A stretch of 64,000 bases of DNA from Cyanophyceae cyanobacterium (GCA_050331735.1 JBHJGN010000064.1:1-64000); one strand, 5' to 3'; positions 39,589 to 51,787 are shown, numbered from the stretch's first letter. Notes: generated by a model from the letters alone, not told the origin. Numbers and translations are program-made.

Positions 39589-42500
39589 TTAATTCTGATG
39601 ACTCGACACCTTGAACCGCGCTACATCGGCCTGGAGTTCTTGGGCTACGGCAAGCAGATTCTTAAACGATTCGGAGAGATTAGCCACCGAGGAAGAGGTA
39701 TTTTGAGCGATCGCCACCACGTCGGTCATGGTTTGACTGACCGAATCACTGGTTTGCTCCTGCTCCACAGCAGCAGCGGCGATCGCCTCGACGAGCTGGT
39801 TCACGGTGGTGCTCGCTGCGGTAATTTCGGTGAGGCTCTGGCGAGTAGCTTCGACGAGCCTATTGCCAGCGGCCACCTGTTTGGTGCCGTCCTGCATCGC
39901 TACCACCGCAGCGTCGGTGTCGGCTTGAATTTGGGCCACCAGCGTTTCGATATCCGTGGTGGCTTCGGCTGACTGAGCCGCGAGAGACCGAACTTCATCG
40001 GCGATCGCCGCAAAGCCTTGACCTTCACTGCCAGCGCGAGCGGCTTCGATGGAGGCTTTGAGAGCCAAGAGGTGGGTTTGAGCCGCAAATTTACCGATGA
40101 GCGTGACAACCTGAGAAACTTTTTGACCGGATTCTTTGAGGTTGCCGACTTTTTGGGCCGCTCCTGTCACCGTTTCTCGAATTGTCGCCATCGTCTCTAC
40201 CGTTTGGTTCATCGCGGTATCCCCGGTGGCTACACTGCGAGCCGCCTGTTGCACCGCCGCTTCCGCTTGCTGAGCACTGGCAGAGACCGAGCGAATCGAG
40301 CGGGACATAGATTCGACGCGGTCGAGGGCTGCCGAAATCTCCTGCGCTTGGCGCAGCGCTTCAGTAGAGAGAGACTGCACCGAAGCCTCGTTGGTGTTGG
40401 TGGTCGTGGCTACCTGGGCAGCCGCGTTCTGTACCTGAGAGACAATTTTCCGCAAGTTTTCGATGGTGGCATTGTAAGAGTCGGCAATAGTGCCGATTTC
40501 GTCCTCTGTCACCTGGGCACGGATGGTCAGGTCTCCCTGACTCACTGGGTTAACCTCCGTGAGTAGCTCGAGGGCGCGGCGCTGGAGCTTTTCTTTTTCA
40601 GCTTGCTGCTGCTCGAGGAGCTTGGCGCGGTCAAGCGCTAGTCCCACCTGAGTGGCGACCTGAGCAAAAAAGTCAATTTCGGTTGTTTCCCAGTTTCTCG
40701 GTCCCGAACACTGATGGGCAATCAGTAAGCCCAGCAGCTCTCCGCCGACCAAAATTGGCGCCACTAAGTTGGCTCGCACGGCAAACTCTTCTAGCTGAGC
40801 GCGGTAACAGTCGGTCAGTTCCTCGCTGTTGTAAATATCGGCAGTGGCTTTCACCCGTCCCTGCTTGTACTTCTCCACGTACTCTTCAGCAAAGCAGGGG
40901 TCGGCAATTTGCGCTCCTAAAGACTGGGGCCACTGACTTTCTACCGATTCGGCGATCACTGTGCCTTTCCAGTTAGCGTCAAAGGTATACACCACCACTC
41001 GGTCCGAGGCCAGAGCTTGACGAATTTCCGCCACGGCGGTGGCAAAAATGTCCTGGGAATTTAAGGCATTAGCAAGCTTCAGGGCAATATCTCGCAGCAC
41101 TCCTGAACGACGAGCTTCTTCTTCCCGCTCTTGGACAAAAGCAACGCGGTCGAGAGTCACCCCTAATTGCTCGGTAAGGCGCTTCATAAAGTTGATTTCT
41201 TCATCAGTCCACTCGTGAGTCGTGGCGCAGTGGTGAGCGACTAAGATCCCAAATAGCTGACCCTGACAGAGCACCGGAACGACGAGGTTAGCGCGGATTT
41301 GGAGGCGCTCTAGGAGCTTCATGTGGTCGGGGTGATAGTTGGTCTGAAGAACGTCATTCGTCGGCACAACGCGACCGTTGCGGTAGGCTTCAATCAACTC
41401 AAGAGGAATACAGGGATCTCCGATTTCGTTATTGAGGGCAATGGGCCAGCCTTGTGCTACCGATTCGTGGGAGATGTAGCCGCTCCAGTCTGGGTTGAAG
41501 CGGTAGATCACCATGCGATCGAGATTGAGCAGTTGGCGGGCTTCTTGGAGTGACTGGTTAAATACCTGGTCTAGTTCTTCTTGGTTAGTGGTTCGAATCC
41601 CCGTAATGGCGGCGAGAAGACTTGTTTGTTTCGCTTCGGTGTTTTGTTGCTGAAGTAAACTTTTCGTTTGCAGCAACAGGTTATTAAAGCCTTGCGCGAG
41701 GATCTGGGTTTCCTTCGTGCCGCTCGGTTCGGCACGAACATCTAAATTACCGGAGGCCGCCTGTTCAGCAGTATGCGCTAATTTACCAAGAGGGGCAGAT
41801 AGCTGACGAGCTAACAGAATAATAATGGCAGTGGCGGCTCCTCCTAAGACCAGAGCAGTCAGCGCAAACGCTAAAACGAGCTGGTTGCCAGCGCTTTCAA
41901 CTTCTGCGTGGTCGATGGATGAGACGGCAATCCATTCTGTATTGGGAATTGTCGCCAGATTATACTCTTTATCCTGGTGAATAAAGGAGACTAGCAGAAC
42001 TTCCTCTCCGTCTTCATGCCTGTAGGATGAAGCGATGACTTCCTTGAGAGGATAGCGATTTTGCAGAGCCTGTTGTGCTCGTTCCGGATTGGTCCCTTCG
42101 TTGGACATTCTCGCTAAAGAAGCCGTTACTTGTTTGAGAGTGTCTCCACCAACGATGTTTTGAGTCGTGCTAACTCCCTCAGCCGTAGTAGTCTGAAGCA
42201 CAAGGCCAGTACTGGTGTCTACGATCTGCCCTTGCTGAGAATTTCTAATTCCTGCGTGTTCTAAATAATCTGCAATTGACTCTAGCTGGCTGGCTGGTAA
42301 CACCGCTTTGACAACTCCAAGAAACTCTCCTGTGTTGCGGTCTTGGATTACCTGAACTAGATCGATACTCACGGTGTTAGTGGAGCGGTCGAGGCTAAAA
42401 TTGCCGCTCCACTGAGTTTCTGTTTTGCCTTTGTGCCACCACTCTTCATCGCGCTGCACAAAGTCTGAAGGCGGTTGACTATAAGCAATATTGAATCCAT

Positions 42501-43083
42501 TGCTCTCGGTGAAGAAAATTTCGGCAAACCCTTCAGTTTCTGCCGTCGCTTTTAAATAATCATTAAGCTCCTGATTAGGCTGGAGGAGCTTGGTCGTGGA
42601 GAAGTCTGCCTCTAATTGCTCAATCGGCAGTTGCACCAGGTTTGCCGAGCTTGCTTGTTGGGTGCCAGCGCGAGCAGAGGCAATCACGTCAGGAGTAGAA
42701 GCGACGATCTGAGGAATTTTTCTGTACTGCTCGAGCAGTTCGCTAGTGACTTCACCAGCTAGCAAAGCTTGGTCCTGCATTTGCAGTTGAATCCGCTCTT
42801 CGGCATTCTGGTGAATGATTCTATAACCAACGGCGCTGGCGATTCCTAGCGGCAGCAGCACTGTCGGTAAGAGGGTCAGCAGGAGCTGATTCCGCAGAGA
42901 ACGTTGTGAGCGCTTAGTGTCTGTTGGCTTTGGTTCCGCCGAGGAAGCAGTCCCGTTGAGCATGATTGGCTTAGACTGATAAGGAGAAGCCAGATGATGA
43001 GAGGGAGGGTCAACCTGAAGATTAGGAGAATGGGAATGACCGTTATGAATTTGGTAGTCAGGCTTGGATGAAGTCTGAGTCAT
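39589..43083 (-). CDS. pixJ: Methyl-accepting phototaxis receptor (TM-Cache-TM-HAMP-GAF-GAF-MA), PixJ2 position
   Basis: GAFs with DPCIP and DPCF..CY motifs; MA tip QTHLLALKASIEAARAG. Confidence 0.88.
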   Translation of the reverse strand: MTQTSSKPDYQIHNGHSHSPNLQVDPPSHHLASPYQSKPIMLNGTASSAEPKPTDTKRSQRSLRNQLLLTLLPTVLLPLGIASAVGYRIIHQNAEERIQLQMQDQALLAGEVTSELLEQYRKIPQIVASTPDVIASARAGTQQASSANLVQLPIEQLEADFSTTKLLQPNQELNDYLKATAETEGFAEIFFTESNGFNIAYSQPPSDFVQRDEEWWHKGKTETQWSGNFSLDRSTNTVSIDLVQVIQDRNTGEFLGVVKAVLPASQLESIADYLEHAGIRNSQQGQIVDTSTGLVLQTTTAEGVSTTQNIVGGDTLKQVTASLARMSNEGTNPERAQQALQNRYPLKEVIASSYRHEDGEEVLLVSFIHQDKEYNLATIPNTEWIAVSSIDHAEVESAGNQLVLAFALTALVLGGAATAIIILLARQLSAPLGKLAHTAEQAASGNLDVRAEPSGTKETQILAQGFNNLLLQTKSLLQQQNTEAKQTSLLAAITGIRTTNQEELDQVFNQSLQEARQLLNLDRMVIYRFNPDWSGYISHESVAQGWPIALNNEIGDPCIPLELIEAYRNGRVVPTNDVLQTNYHPDHMKLLERLQIRANLVVPVLCQGQLFGILVAHHCATTHEWTDEEINFMKRLTEQLGVTLDRVAFVQEREEEARRSGVLRDIALKLANALNSQDIFATAVAEIRQALASDRVVVYTFDANWKGTVIAESVESQWPQSLGAQIADPCFAEEYVEKYKQGRVKATADIYNSEELTDCYRAQLEEFAVRANLVAPILVGGELLGLLIAHQCSGPRNWETTEIDFFAQVATQVGLALDRAKLLEQQQAEKEKLQRRALELLTEVNPVSQGDLTIRAQVTEDEIGTIADSYNATIENLRKIVSQVQNAAAQVATTTNTNEASVQSLSTEALRQAQEISAALDRVESMSRSIRSVSASAQQAEAAVQQAARSVATGDTAMNQTVETMATIRETVTGAAQKVGNLKESGQKVSQVVTLIGKFAAQTHLLALKASIEAARAGSEGQGFAAIADEVRSLAAQSAEATTDIETLVAQIQADTDAAVVAMQDGTKQVAAGNRLVEATRQSLTEITAASTTVNQLVEAIAAAAVEQEQTSDSVSQTMTDVVAIAQNTSSSVANLSESFKNLLAVAQELQADVARFKVSSHQN

Positions 43084-43120
43084 GAATAAACCTCAAAAGG
43101 GCGTTGCGTGTGTTTTTAAA

Positions 43121-43138
43121 AGGGGAGACGGCTCCCCT
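43121..43138 (-). terminator. Hairpin between the two pixJ genes
   Basis: AGGGGAG-4nt-CTCCCCT followed by TTT on the minus strand. Confidence 0.45.
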
Positions 43139-43143
43139 CGTCA

Positions 43144-46100
43144 CTAGCTCACCTTGAATCGACCAACGCTATTCTGGAGCTCTTGAGCAACGGCGAGCAG
43201 TTGCTTAAAGGATTCAGAAACCTGACCCGCTTCAGAAGACGTTTTGTTAGAAACGGCAGCCACATTAGCCATCGTTTGACTCACTACTTCTCCGGTTTGG
43301 GCCTGCTCCACAGCAGCAGCGGCGATCGCCTCAACCAACTGGTTAATCTGGGCACTAGCGGCGGTAATCTGGGTCAGGCTTGAGCGGGTTTCTTCGACTA
43401 GCTTGGTTCCAGACACAACCTGTTCGGTTCCCGATTCCATCGCCGCGACCACCTCGTTGGTTTCGGCCTGAATCTGGGCGACCACCTTTTCAATCTCGGC
43501 GGTCGCATCGGCAGACTGGCGGGCCAAAGACCGGACTTCATCGGCAACCACCGCAAAGCCGCGACCCTCCTCGCCAGCGTGGGCCGCCTCGATCGAAGCG
43601 TTCAGCGCCAGCAGGTTCGTTTGGTCGGCAAAGCTACTAATCAGGTTGACCACCTTAGAAATCTTTTGGGTCGATTCTCCCAGTCGCTTGACTTTTTTAG
43701 CCGTATCTGCTACCGTCTCTCGAATTGCCAGAATCCCGGCAACCGTCCGGTTCATTGCCTCATCTCCCGCCTGGACGTTGGCCGAGGCTTGGCGCACGAA
43801 GTCTTCGGCTTGCTGCGCGTTGGTGGACACCGCCCGAATCGATTCCGTCATCTGCTCAACGCGGTTGAGAGCGGCGGTAATCTCTTCAGTTTGTCGCAGC
43901 GCTTCTGTCGAAAGAGCCTGGACCGATTCCTCGTTGGTGTTAGTGGTGGTCGCGACCTGAGCTGCCGCATTTTGCACCTGAGACACAATTCTCCGCAAGC
44001 TTTCGATGGTGGCGTTGTAGGAGTCGGCAATGGTGCCGATTTCGTCTTCTGTCACCTGAGCGCGGATAGTTAGGTCTCCTTGGCTCACCGGGTCTACCTG
44101 CATCAGCAGCTCTAGAGCGCGTCTTTGCAGGCTTTCGCGCGCGCGTCGCTGTTCGGCTTCAGAGGCTTGCTGCTGCTCGATGAGCTTAGCCCGGTCGAGG
44201 GCGAGACCCACCTGAGTGGCGACCTGAGCAAAAAAGTCAATCTCGGTTGTTTCCCAGTTTCTCGGTCCCGAACACTGATGGGCAATCAGTAAGCCCAGCA
44301 GCTCTCCGCCAACCAAAATTGGCGCCACTAAGTTGGCCCGCACGGCAAACTCCTCAAGCTGAGCGCGATAGCAGTCGGTGAGCTCCTCGCTGTTGTAGAT
44401 ATCGTTAGTTGCTTTCACCCGACCTTGCTTGTACTTCTCCACGTACTCTTCAGCAAAGCAGGGGTCGGCAATTTGCGCTCCCAAAGACTGGGGCCATTCG
44501 CTATCTACCGATTCCGCAATCACTGTGCCTTTCCAAGTTGGGTCAAACTTGTAGACTACAACCCGGTCAGAGGTCATCGCTTGGCGAATCTCTTCAACGG
44601 CGGTGGTGAAAATATCTTCAGAACTGAGGGCATTGGAGAGCTTAAGGGCGATGTCTCTCAGAACTCCTGAACGCTTCGCTTCCTCTTCCCGTCCCTGCAC
44701 GAAAGCAACGCGGTCTAGAGTAACGCCGAGCTGTTCGGCAAGGCGCTTCATGAAGTTAATTTCTTCATCGGTCCACTCGTGAGTCGTAGCACAGTGGTGA
44801 GCGACTAAAATTCCGAATAACTGGCCCTGACAGAGTACTGGAACGACGAGGTTAGCTCGAATCTGGAGGCGCTCCAAGAGCTTCATGTGGTCGGGGTGAT
44901 AGTTGGTCTGCAAGACATCGTTGGTGGGCACGACGCGACCGTTCCGATACGCTTCAATTAGCTCTTGGGGGATACAGGGATCGCCAATTTCATTGTTGAG
45001 AGCAACGGGCCAGCCCTCTTCTACCGATTCATGAGAGATATAGCCGCTCCAGTCTGGGTTGAAGCGATAAATCACCATCCGATCCAATCCCAGCAGCTCT
45101 CGCGCTCCCTGAAGCGAGCGGTTGAAGGCTGCGTTCAATTCCGCTTGGCTGGTGGTGCGAGTACCAGTAATGCCAGCAAGCAGGGCGGATTGCTGAGACG
45201 ACAAGGTTTGTTTTTGGATGAAGCTCTTAAACTGAGCCGCCATGCTGTTGATGTTCGAGCCGAGGACGGCCAGTTCGTCGGCTCCTTGGGTCTGAATCCG
45301 AGTGTCTAAATCTCCTTGTCCAATTTTTTCAACAGCATCCGCTGCTGCCAAGACAGGGCGGGTAGCTCGACTGGCAATGTAGGCAGCGATCGCTCCCACA
45401 GCAACCGCCGTCACTCCAGTAGCCAGCAGGACCAGTTTCAACAACTGACTAGCGGCAGCGAAGGAGTCCTCGGTATGGGTATGAATCATGGCCCCAGCCG
45501 TGAGACTAGGAAGTTCGGCTGTTGGCTCAATGGGAACGAAAGTTAAGAGTTCTTCAGAATTATTCTCCAGAGGGTTGCGGAACACATCAACTCCTGTTTG
45601 TCCCTGCTCCAGCAGCTCGGATACTGCGGGCACAAACTCACTCACAGACACTCCAGGATACTCTTCTTCCTCAGCGGCAAAAACGGTTCCGTCTGCACCG
45701 AGTAAAAACCATTCATCGTTGAGTGCGGTGAAAGGAGCAAACAGAGATTCCATTTTGGTTCCTGGAACCCGCATCCGCACAATGCCAATCAGCCGCTCAG
45801 TGCCGGCTTCTAGGACCGGAGCAGCAAATTCAACCCGCAGCAGTCCTTGGGAGTTGAGGCCGGGACCATTCATTGTCACTTCTTTAGTGGCCACCGCCTC
45901 TTGAAAGTAAGCGCGATCGCTGTAGTTATCGCCCGTAAACGGTCGCTCTGATTCCGACTGAAACAGGGGTCTGCCTTGCGGGTCAAAGAAAACGATACTG
46001 TCAGCAAAGCCTAACTTTTGCTGAAAGTTGTCTAAAACGGCTTGCTTTTGCGCCACCGATGTACTTTCCCACAGAGCTGGATCGGTAAAAATTTCAGCGG

Positions 46101-46482
46101 CGGCGATCGTTGCTGCCTCTCGAGAGCGGATTTCCAAAAACTGCGTAAATTCTTTGGCAAATATCTGAGTTCGCGTGAGCTGTGCCTGCTTTACCTGGTC
46201 GATCACAGAACGGTTGGCAATGATATCGGCGAGAACCGTAACAGTAATCAGTGGCAATGTACTGAGAGTTACGGCTAGAGTTGTTGCTTTCGTTTGCAGA
46301 CTCAGTTTTTGCCACCAGCCTCGTCGCTCCTTCGATGACGGTAATTCAGACACAGATACTGTCTTGGCAGCGGTCGATTGCTCAGGGTGAGTGGCTTGAG
46401 GCTCGATTTGAAGATTCAACTCGGCTAAACTATCGGTATCGTTGCGATTTTGTTGGTCCGGTTTGGGGGGAGTTTGAGTCAT
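43144..46482 (-). CDS. pixJ: Methyl-accepting phototaxis receptor with cyanobacteriochrome GAFs, PixJ1 position
   Basis: Same architecture; canonical MA tip [31 protein letters not shown]. Confidence 0.92.
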   Translation of the reverse strand: MTQTPPKPDQQNRNDTDSLAELNLQIEPQATHPEQSTAAKTVSVSELPSSKERRGWWQKLSLQTKATTLAVTLSTLPLITVTVLADIIANRSVIDQVKQAQLTRTQIFAKEFTQFLEIRSREAATIAAAEIFTDPALWESTSVAQKQAVLDNFQQKLGFADSIVFFDPQGRPLFQSESERPFTGDNYSDRAYFQEAVATKEVTMNGPGLNSQGLLRVEFAAPVLEAGTERLIGIVRMRVPGTKMESLFAPFTALNDEWFLLGADGTVFAAEEEEYPGVSVSEFVPAVSELLEQGQTGVDVFRNPLENNSEELLTFVPIEPTAELPSLTAGAMIHTHTEDSFAAASQLLKLVLLATGVTAVAVGAIAAYIASRATRPVLAAADAVEKIGQGDLDTRIQTQGADELAVLGSNINSMAAQFKSFIQKQTLSSQQSALLAGITGTRTTSQAELNAAFNRSLQGARELLGLDRMVIYRFNPDWSGYISHESVEEGWPVALNNEIGDPCIPQELIEAYRNGRVVPTNDVLQTNYHPDHMKLLERLQIRANLVVPVLCQGQLFGILVAHHCATTHEWTDEEINFMKRLAEQLGVTLDRVAFVQGREEEAKRSGVLRDIALKLSNALSSEDIFTTAVEEIRQAMTSDRVVVYKFDPTWKGTVIAESVDSEWPQSLGAQIADPCFAEEYVEKYKQGRVKATNDIYNSEELTDCYRAQLEEFAVRANLVAPILVGGELLGLLIAHQCSGPRNWETTEIDFFAQVATQVGLALDRAKLIEQQQASEAEQRRARESLQRRALELLMQVDPVSQGDLTIRAQVTEDEIGTIADSYNATIESLRRIVSQVQNAAAQVATTTNTNEESVQALSTEALRQTEEITAALNRVEQMTESIRAVSTNAQQAEDFVRQASANVQAGDEAMNRTVAGILAIRETVADTAKKVKRLGESTQKISKVVNLISSFADQTNLLALNASIEAAHAGEEGRGFAVVADEVRSLARQSADATAEIEKVVAQIQAETNEVVAAMESGTEQVVSGTKLVEETRSSLTQITAASAQINQLVEAIAAAAVEQAQTGEVVSQTMANVAAVSNKTSSEAGQVSESFKQLLAVAQELQNSVGRFKVS

Positions 46483-46725
46483 AATAACTTTACAGAAAAA
46501 GGGTTTAAGCTAGCGCAAAAAGCAGACAATAACAGCTCACTAAACTTGAAAAATCAAAATCTTATTGTTAAAATTCCCAATAAACGCGATAAAGCTAAAC
46601 TTTTGGAGCTATATTAAGTAGATTTATCCGAAGCTGCTTGAGCAAGCTCTTGCTAAGAGCAGTTCTTGCTGGAGTGCTCAGGCTGATGACAAGCCGCCAG
46701 GAAAAACGACGGCTTAGTTCAGCCC

Positions 46726-47250
46726 TCAAGCTCGCGGCATGGCGGCCATAATTGCGCTTCCGTCGAGAGTCACAAAAATATCGCCCGTCTGTTTCACCCA
46801 GTAGCCGCGCAGAAACGGGGCTAGTTCAGGAGTCACGGCAGAGGAGGGGGGCGACTGAATTTCTGCTGGGTTACACCACTCAATCTCCCCGATTTGACTG
46901 ACGACTAAGCCAATGGTGGGGCCCGTCCCCTGAGCGGAACGGCGGGAAGCCTCATGCAGCACGATCGCCTGATGCACCGATTGGCTAGCCACCTGCTGAT
47001 GCCAAGGAGCCAGTCCAATCAAATGCCCGAGATCCACCATCCACAAGATTTCTCCCCGCCAGTTGTACACGCCCATTACCCAGGGAGGCATGTGAGGAAT
47101 GGGCACAATCTGACCGACGGGAATCGTTAACGCCTCGGTAAGCTGAGTAATCGGCAGCATAATCGCCAAGTCTGCTACCTGACTCAATAAAAACTGCTCC
47201 TGCGTCGTCTCTAGAGAAGGGGAGACAGCGGCAGAGGAGTTGGATGCCAT
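46726..47250 (-). CDS. pixI: CheW-like protein
   Basis: IVPIPHMPPWVMGVYNWRGEILWMVDL. Confidence 0.9.
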   Translation of the reverse strand: MASNSSAAVSPSLETTQEQFLLSQVADLAIMLPITQLTEALTIPVGQIVPIPHMPPWVMGVYNWRGEILWMVDLGHLIGLAPWHQQVASQSVHQAIVLHEASRRSAQGTGPTIGLVVSQIGEIEWCNPAEIQSPPSSAVTPELAPFLRGYWVKQTGDIFVTLDGSAIMAAMPRA

Positions 47251-47262
47251 ACATTCTCCTCG

Positions 47263-47625
47263 TTATTTCATCAACTGGTTGACAGTCCGGAGCAATTCAT
47301 CGCCATCCACTGGCTTGGCGAGGTAAGCATCTGCTCCCTGCTTCATGCCCCAAAATTTGTCCATCTCGCCGCCTTTGGTGGAGCACATGATAATGGGAAT
47401 CTTGCTCGTTTTGGCCTCAGCTTTAAGATCGCGGCAAATTTCAAAGCCACTCCGACCAGGCAACACCACATCTAAAACAATTACGTCTGGGACATTTGTG
47501 CTGGCTTTTTCTAAAGCTTCCTCTCCACTGGTGGCAATGGAAACCGTTAAACCAGCATTTTTTAAGTAGCTAGTGAGCACTTCTCTTTCAGTACTCGAAT
47601 CATCAACAATCAGGGCAAGACTCAT
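47263..47625 (-). CDS. pixH: CheY-like response regulator
   Basis: IVDDS, LDVVLP, DKFWGMKQGADAYLAKP. Confidence 0.92.
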   Translation of the reverse strand: MSLALIVDDSSTEREVLTSYLKNAGLTVSIATSGEEALEKASTNVPDVIVLDVVLPGRSGFEICRDLKAEAKTSKIPIIMCSTKGGEMDKFWGMKQGADAYLAKPVDGDELLRTVNQLMK

Positions 47626-47974
47626 AGTTTTTTTTACCTACAACGACCACAGTTTCATCTCCCAGAAGCTCGATGCTTAGAAAAGCGATCTGGCTTAGGA
47701 GTGTCATTTATAGATTTCCCGAAAATGCTCTAAAAGTAACAGTCGTTTCTCGAGAATTTTTAGGGAGCTTAAATTTCAGAAGACGTTAATCCATCGACAA
47801 TGAAGGAAAACAGAGAACGCTCATAGCTAACAGCTAATCGCTAGATAGCGTTTCTTACAAAGCGTGAGGGACACCAGGAAGTAGACTAGTTTGCCATCAA
47901 CAAATACTAGGATTTACGGCTGTACCTCATAAAAGTGAGAATTGCTATGGCTACTATTTCCGGTCATTGTGATG

Positions 47975-49156
47975 CTATTCACCCACTGGTGATTTGAGAT
48001 ACTTGTCAATCACGCCGATGAGCACTTCTTGCCGAACCGGTTTCCCTAAAAAGTCGGAAGAGCCGACCATTTTGGCTCTGGCGCGGTCGATAATGCCGTC
48101 GTTTCCAGTCAGAATCACGATGGGGGTCTGCCGGAAAAAGGACATTTTGCGCAATTGACTGCAAATTTCATAGCCGTTGGCGTTGGGCATCACCAAATCG
48201 AGAAAGATCAGATCGGGTTTGCGTGCCAGGAGGGTGGCGATCGCCCGCAGCGGATCGTTAATTCCCAAAAACTGATGTCCCGCCTGGGTAATAATGCGCT
48301 TCATCGCGTCACACACCGCCGGACTATCATCGATGCAGGCAATGAGGGCTTGACGCGCCTGGGAAGACGCCGGCGGTTCCTGGGGAGGCTTGATCGCCGG
48401 AGGCAGGTCGCCAACGGGCACTAGTTTAACCAACCCCAGCTCGAAATATCGCAGCAGCGAGCGCGTCACGCTCAGCACATCGCGCTTCATGCGCACAGCG
48501 ATATCTCGCAACGATTGCTGACCATCGAGAAGCTGGCTGAGATTTTGATAGGCCTGTTCCGACGTTTTCTGCTTGAGCTGTTCAGCCCGCACGATTACCG
48601 GAGCCAGATTTGGCGAGCGATCGGCCAGTTTTGCGTCCTGCCAAGCCTGCCATAGCTCTTTGGCTTCAGCGACCGCCTGCTCTGGATTAATCAGCGTTAG
48701 GCTAGCGGCTTGATAACGCGAAGGCTTCAGCTCACAAACGATTTCTGTGGCTTGGGTGACGTCGAACAGCACCTCTACCACAGTAGACCAAATAATTTTG
48801 GCCGCCTGCTTTTTGGTGATCTTTTGCTGCTCTACCCACAGACAAAGGAGCTGATATTCCGCAAAATGCGGATCTTGCACAGAAAGACTTGCTAAATCTG
48901 CCTGAATATCAGCGCTCAGCAACTGGGGACAAACGGTGACTAAGTTGCGTCGCCACCGTCTCACCGTATGCGGGCCTCCGGTAGCATAGATAATGCGACC
49001 TAAATAGAGATAAAAATCCCAGCGAACCTGCTGCGCTTTCAAAACCAGTTGACCGCTAAACGGCGGCTGCTTTAAAGTCGCAAACAGCCCGATTTGTTTT
49101 GCCGCAGTAAATTCTCGAATGAGTATTGGCTGATCTACATCTTGAACGGATGTCAT
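47975..49156 (-). CDS. pixG: PatA-family response regulator
   Basis: PATAN N-terminus (YATGG..VRRWRR) and C-terminal receiver; first gene of the operon. Confidence 0.9.
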   Translation of the reverse strand: MTSVQDVDQPILIREFTAAKQIGLFATLKQPPFSGQLVLKAQQVRWDFYLYLGRIIYATGGPHTVRRWRRNLVTVCPQLLSADIQADLASLSVQDPHFAEYQLLCLWVEQQKITKKQAAKIIWSTVVEVLFDVTQATEIVCELKPSRYQAASLTLINPEQAVAEAKELWQAWQDAKLADRSPNLAPVIVRAEQLKQKTSEQAYQNLSQLLDGQQSLRDIAVRMKRDVLSVTRSLLRYFELGLVKLVPVGDLPPAIKPPQEPPASSQARQALIACIDDSPAVCDAMKRIITQAGHQFLGINDPLRAIATLLARKPDLIFLDLVMPNANGYEICSQLRKMSFFRQTPIVILTGNDGIIDRARAKMVGSSDFLGKPVRQEVLIGVIDKYLKSPVGE

Positions 49157-49245
49157 TGCTATTCTACGAGCAAAGGTATACCCTCATAGCGTTCCCCAAA
49201 AACTGGCAAAACTAACAGAGATCGGGAAATTGGCCGCCAATGCCG

Positions 49246-49860
49246 TCACGATGGCCTTCTGAGAGCACCAGCGCGGCAGTCCCGCAGCCAGAGCTTCACT
49301 GCCTGCCCGATAATGCTGTCGCTCGTTTCTAATGGGGGTCTCGGCGAGACGGATTCTGTCGGAGAGCCAAGACGAGTGTAGATCAGCGCCATTCTCCAGC
49401 CAGTGCTGGTTTGGGTCAGAAACAGCCAGTGATAATTTTGCACTGTCACCACGCGATTCTCGAGATATTGCCGCTCTAGCGTGGTGAAGAACACCTGCTG
49501 AGGAGGGTTAGGATCGACCGCGCTATCTTTGTATTGTTCAGGGCCTAACGTTAGGGGTTCAAATTCCGGTCTTCCGGCCACAATTACGTAAACGTCCATT
49601 TCGGGTTCGCGGAAGAGGGCGGCTCGCTGAATAACGCGGTTGGCGTAGCCGGGTAAATCTTGCAGAAGACGATCGATCAGGAGTTGAATATCGCTAGGAC
49701 AGGTTGTTCTTAGCTCTTGGTCCTTAGTCCTTGGCGTAGACGGACCAGTGACCAAAGGACTCGCTCTAGAAGCTATCTTGGCGGTAGCCGCTTGAGCCTG
49801 GAGGGGATGAGAAGGAACGAGCCAGGTAGTCAGCAGGAGGATCAAGGCAGCTCGTTTCAT
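49246..49860 (-). CDS. Conserved cyanobacterial hypothetical exported protein
   Basis: ATG 49860 overlaps pyrF stop; signal peptide, [29 protein letters not shown]. Confidence 0.75.
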   Translation of the reverse strand: MKRAALILLLTTWLVPSHPLQAQAATAKIASRASPLVTGPSTPRTKDQELRTTCPSDIQLLIDRLLQDLPGYANRVIQRAALFREPEMDVYVIVAGRPEFEPLTLGPEQYKDSAVDPNPPQQVFFTTLERQYLENRVVTVQNYHWLFLTQTSTGWRMALIYTRLGSPTESVSPRPPLETSDSIIGQAVKLWLRDCRAGALRRPS

Positions 49861-50570
49861 CTCACTGCTGCTAGTTCTTGGCAGATCCGCTCCCAGGCCT
49901 GCGGGGGATCGGCGGCGGCGGTGATCGGGCGACCGATGACGAGGTAATCGGCACCAGCTTGAAAAGCCGCAGCGGGAGACATCACTCGGCTTTGGTCGCC
50001 GGAATTGGCCCAGGTGGGTCTCACGCCGGGACAAACGAGCAGAAAATCATTACCGCAGACCTGCCGAAGCTGTTGGACTTCTTGGGGAGAACACACGGCT
50101 CCGTCTAATTGGGCCTCTTGAGCTAAGAGCGCCATCTGGAGGGTATATTCCGGTAGCTCTAGGGGAATTTTGAGATCGAAGGCGAGTTCTCGCGAATTGA
50201 GGCTGGTGAGGAGGGTAATGGCCAGCAATTTCGGACGTTCGGCTGGGCCAACGGCTGCCGCTGCTGCCTGAAGTGCCCTGCGTCCGGCGGTGGCATGAAG
50301 GGTGAGCAGCTCGACCCCATAGGTGTGCGCGGCTCTACAGGCGTGGGCAACGGTATTGGGAATGTCATGAAACTTTAAATCGAGAAAAATGCGTTTTTGC
50401 CGCTGTTGGAGCACGGCTAAGATTTCCGGGCCAGCACCGACAAACAGTTCTAAGCCGACTTTCCAAAACCCTACCTGGGGCAGAGTTTCGACGAGGGCGA
50501 TCGCCTGGGTCAGCGTCGGCACATCCAGCGGCACGATCACGCGCTCGGACAGAGAGGACTCAGTAGGCAT
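49857..50570 (-). CDS. pyrF: Orotidine-5'-phosphate decarboxylase
   Basis: [29 protein letters not shown]. Confidence 0.97.
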   Translation of the reverse strand: MPTESSLSERVIVPLDVPTLTQAIALVETLPQVGFWKVGLELFVGAGPEILAVLQQRQKRIFLDLKFHDIPNTVAHACRAAHTYGVELLTLHATAGRRALQAAAAAVGPAERPKLLAITLLTSLNSRELAFDLKIPLELPEYTLQMALLAQEAQLDGAVCSPQEVQQLRQVCGNDFLLVCPGVRPTWANSGDQSRVMSPAAAFQAGADYLVIGRPITAAADPPQAWERICQELAAVR

Positions 50571-50581
50571 GGGGGCAATCG

Positions 50582-51787
50582 TTAAGGGACGAGACGAACA
50601 AATTTTTTCTTGCCCACCTGCAATACTTTATTGTGCAGCTCCGCAGAAGAGGCAAAGGTAGTCTGAACATCTTCGATGCGATCGCCTGCGAGCCGCACGG
50701 CTCCGCCCTGAATCTGCCGACGGCCTTCACCACCGGACTTGCACAGGCCACTGGCGCTGAGGATATAAAATAGCGGAGCCGGAAACTCAATCTCGGCGAG
50801 CGAATATTCCGGAACAGCCTCGGTAGACGCAGAGCCACCAACAACCAAGCTTTCGGCGGTTTGTTGCGCCGTGAGCGCGGCCTCGGGCGAGTAAAACTGT
50901 CCGACCACTTCCCGCGCCAGCAGCTTTTGGCCTTCTCTGGGGTTCTCCGGCAGCTCGGCTAACGGAATCGTTGTCAACAGCTCAAAGTAGTCTGTGAGCA
51001 GATCGTCGGGAGTCTTCTCTAGCTTCGAGTACATCGACAACGCATCTTCTCTTAAGCCCACGTAGTTATCGAGAGACTTCGACATTTTTTGTATTCCATC
51101 CGTCCCGAGCAAAATCGGCAGCAGCAGGCCAAACTGCGGTGGTTGTCCAAAATAGCGCTGAAGATCGCGGCCAACGGCGATATTAAATTTCTGATCGGTT
51201 CCGCCTAGCTCAACATCGGCCTGGATGGCAACCGAATCGTAGCCCTGCATCAGCGGATACAAAAACTCATGGAGATAAATCGGGGTTCCTTGGGCGTAGC
51301 GCAAGGCAAATCCTTCCTTAGCCAGCATTTGCCCCACCGTCATCGTCGAGAGTAACTCCTGAATCTGCGCGAGATCGAGCCGCGATAACCACTCGGAGTT
51401 GTAGCGAATTTCGAGGCGGTCAGAATCAAAATCGAGGATGGGGCGAAGCTGATCGAGGTAGTCCTGGGCATTCTCTTTGACCTCCTGGGCCGACAGTTGA
51501 CGGCGCACCTCAGATTTTCCGGTCGGATCGCCAATCTGGGCCGTAAAGTCGCCAATCACCACCACCGCCGTATGACCCGCATCCTGAAAAGCTCTCAGTT
51601 TACGAAAGGGAATACTGTGGCCGAGATGCAGTTCCCGTCCGGTAGGGTCAATGCCCAACTTAACCCGGAGAGGACGCTGCCGCAGACGATAAATCAAATT
51701 CTCGTCCGGGCGATCACTATCTGTCTGATCAGGAAAAATTTCGCTCGTACCGCGATGAAGCCAAGCGAGCTGCTCCGATGAAGTCAT
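50582..51787 (-). CDS. tyrS: Tyrosyl-tRNA synthetase
   Basis: GIDPT..HLGH, KMSKS, C-terminal S4 domain. Confidence 0.97.
   Translation of the reverse strand: MTSSEQLAWLHRGTSEIFPDQTDSDRPDENLIYRLRQRPLRVKLGIDPTGRELHLGHSIPFRKLRAFQDAGHTAVVVIGDFTAQIGDPTGKSEVRRQLSAQEVKENAQDYLDQLRPILDFDSDRLEIRYNSEWLSRLDLAQIQELLSTMTVGQMLAKEGFALRYAQGTPIYLHEFLYPLMQGYDSVAIQADVELGGTDQKFNIAVGRDLQRYFGQPPQFGLLLPILLGTDGIQKMSKSLDNYVGLREDALSMYSKLEKTPDDLLTDYFELLTTIPLAELPENPREGQKLLAREVVGQFYSPEAALTAQQTAESLVVGGSASTEAVPEYSLAEIEFPAPLFYILSASGLCKSGGEGRRQIQGGAVRLAGDRIEDVQTTFASSAELHNKVLQVGKKKFVRLVP

Noticed and set aside
39598..46484. Many plus-strand ORFs antisense to the MCP genes
   Set aside because: Shadow ORFs expected opposite GC-rich coding sequence; no motifs or RBS.
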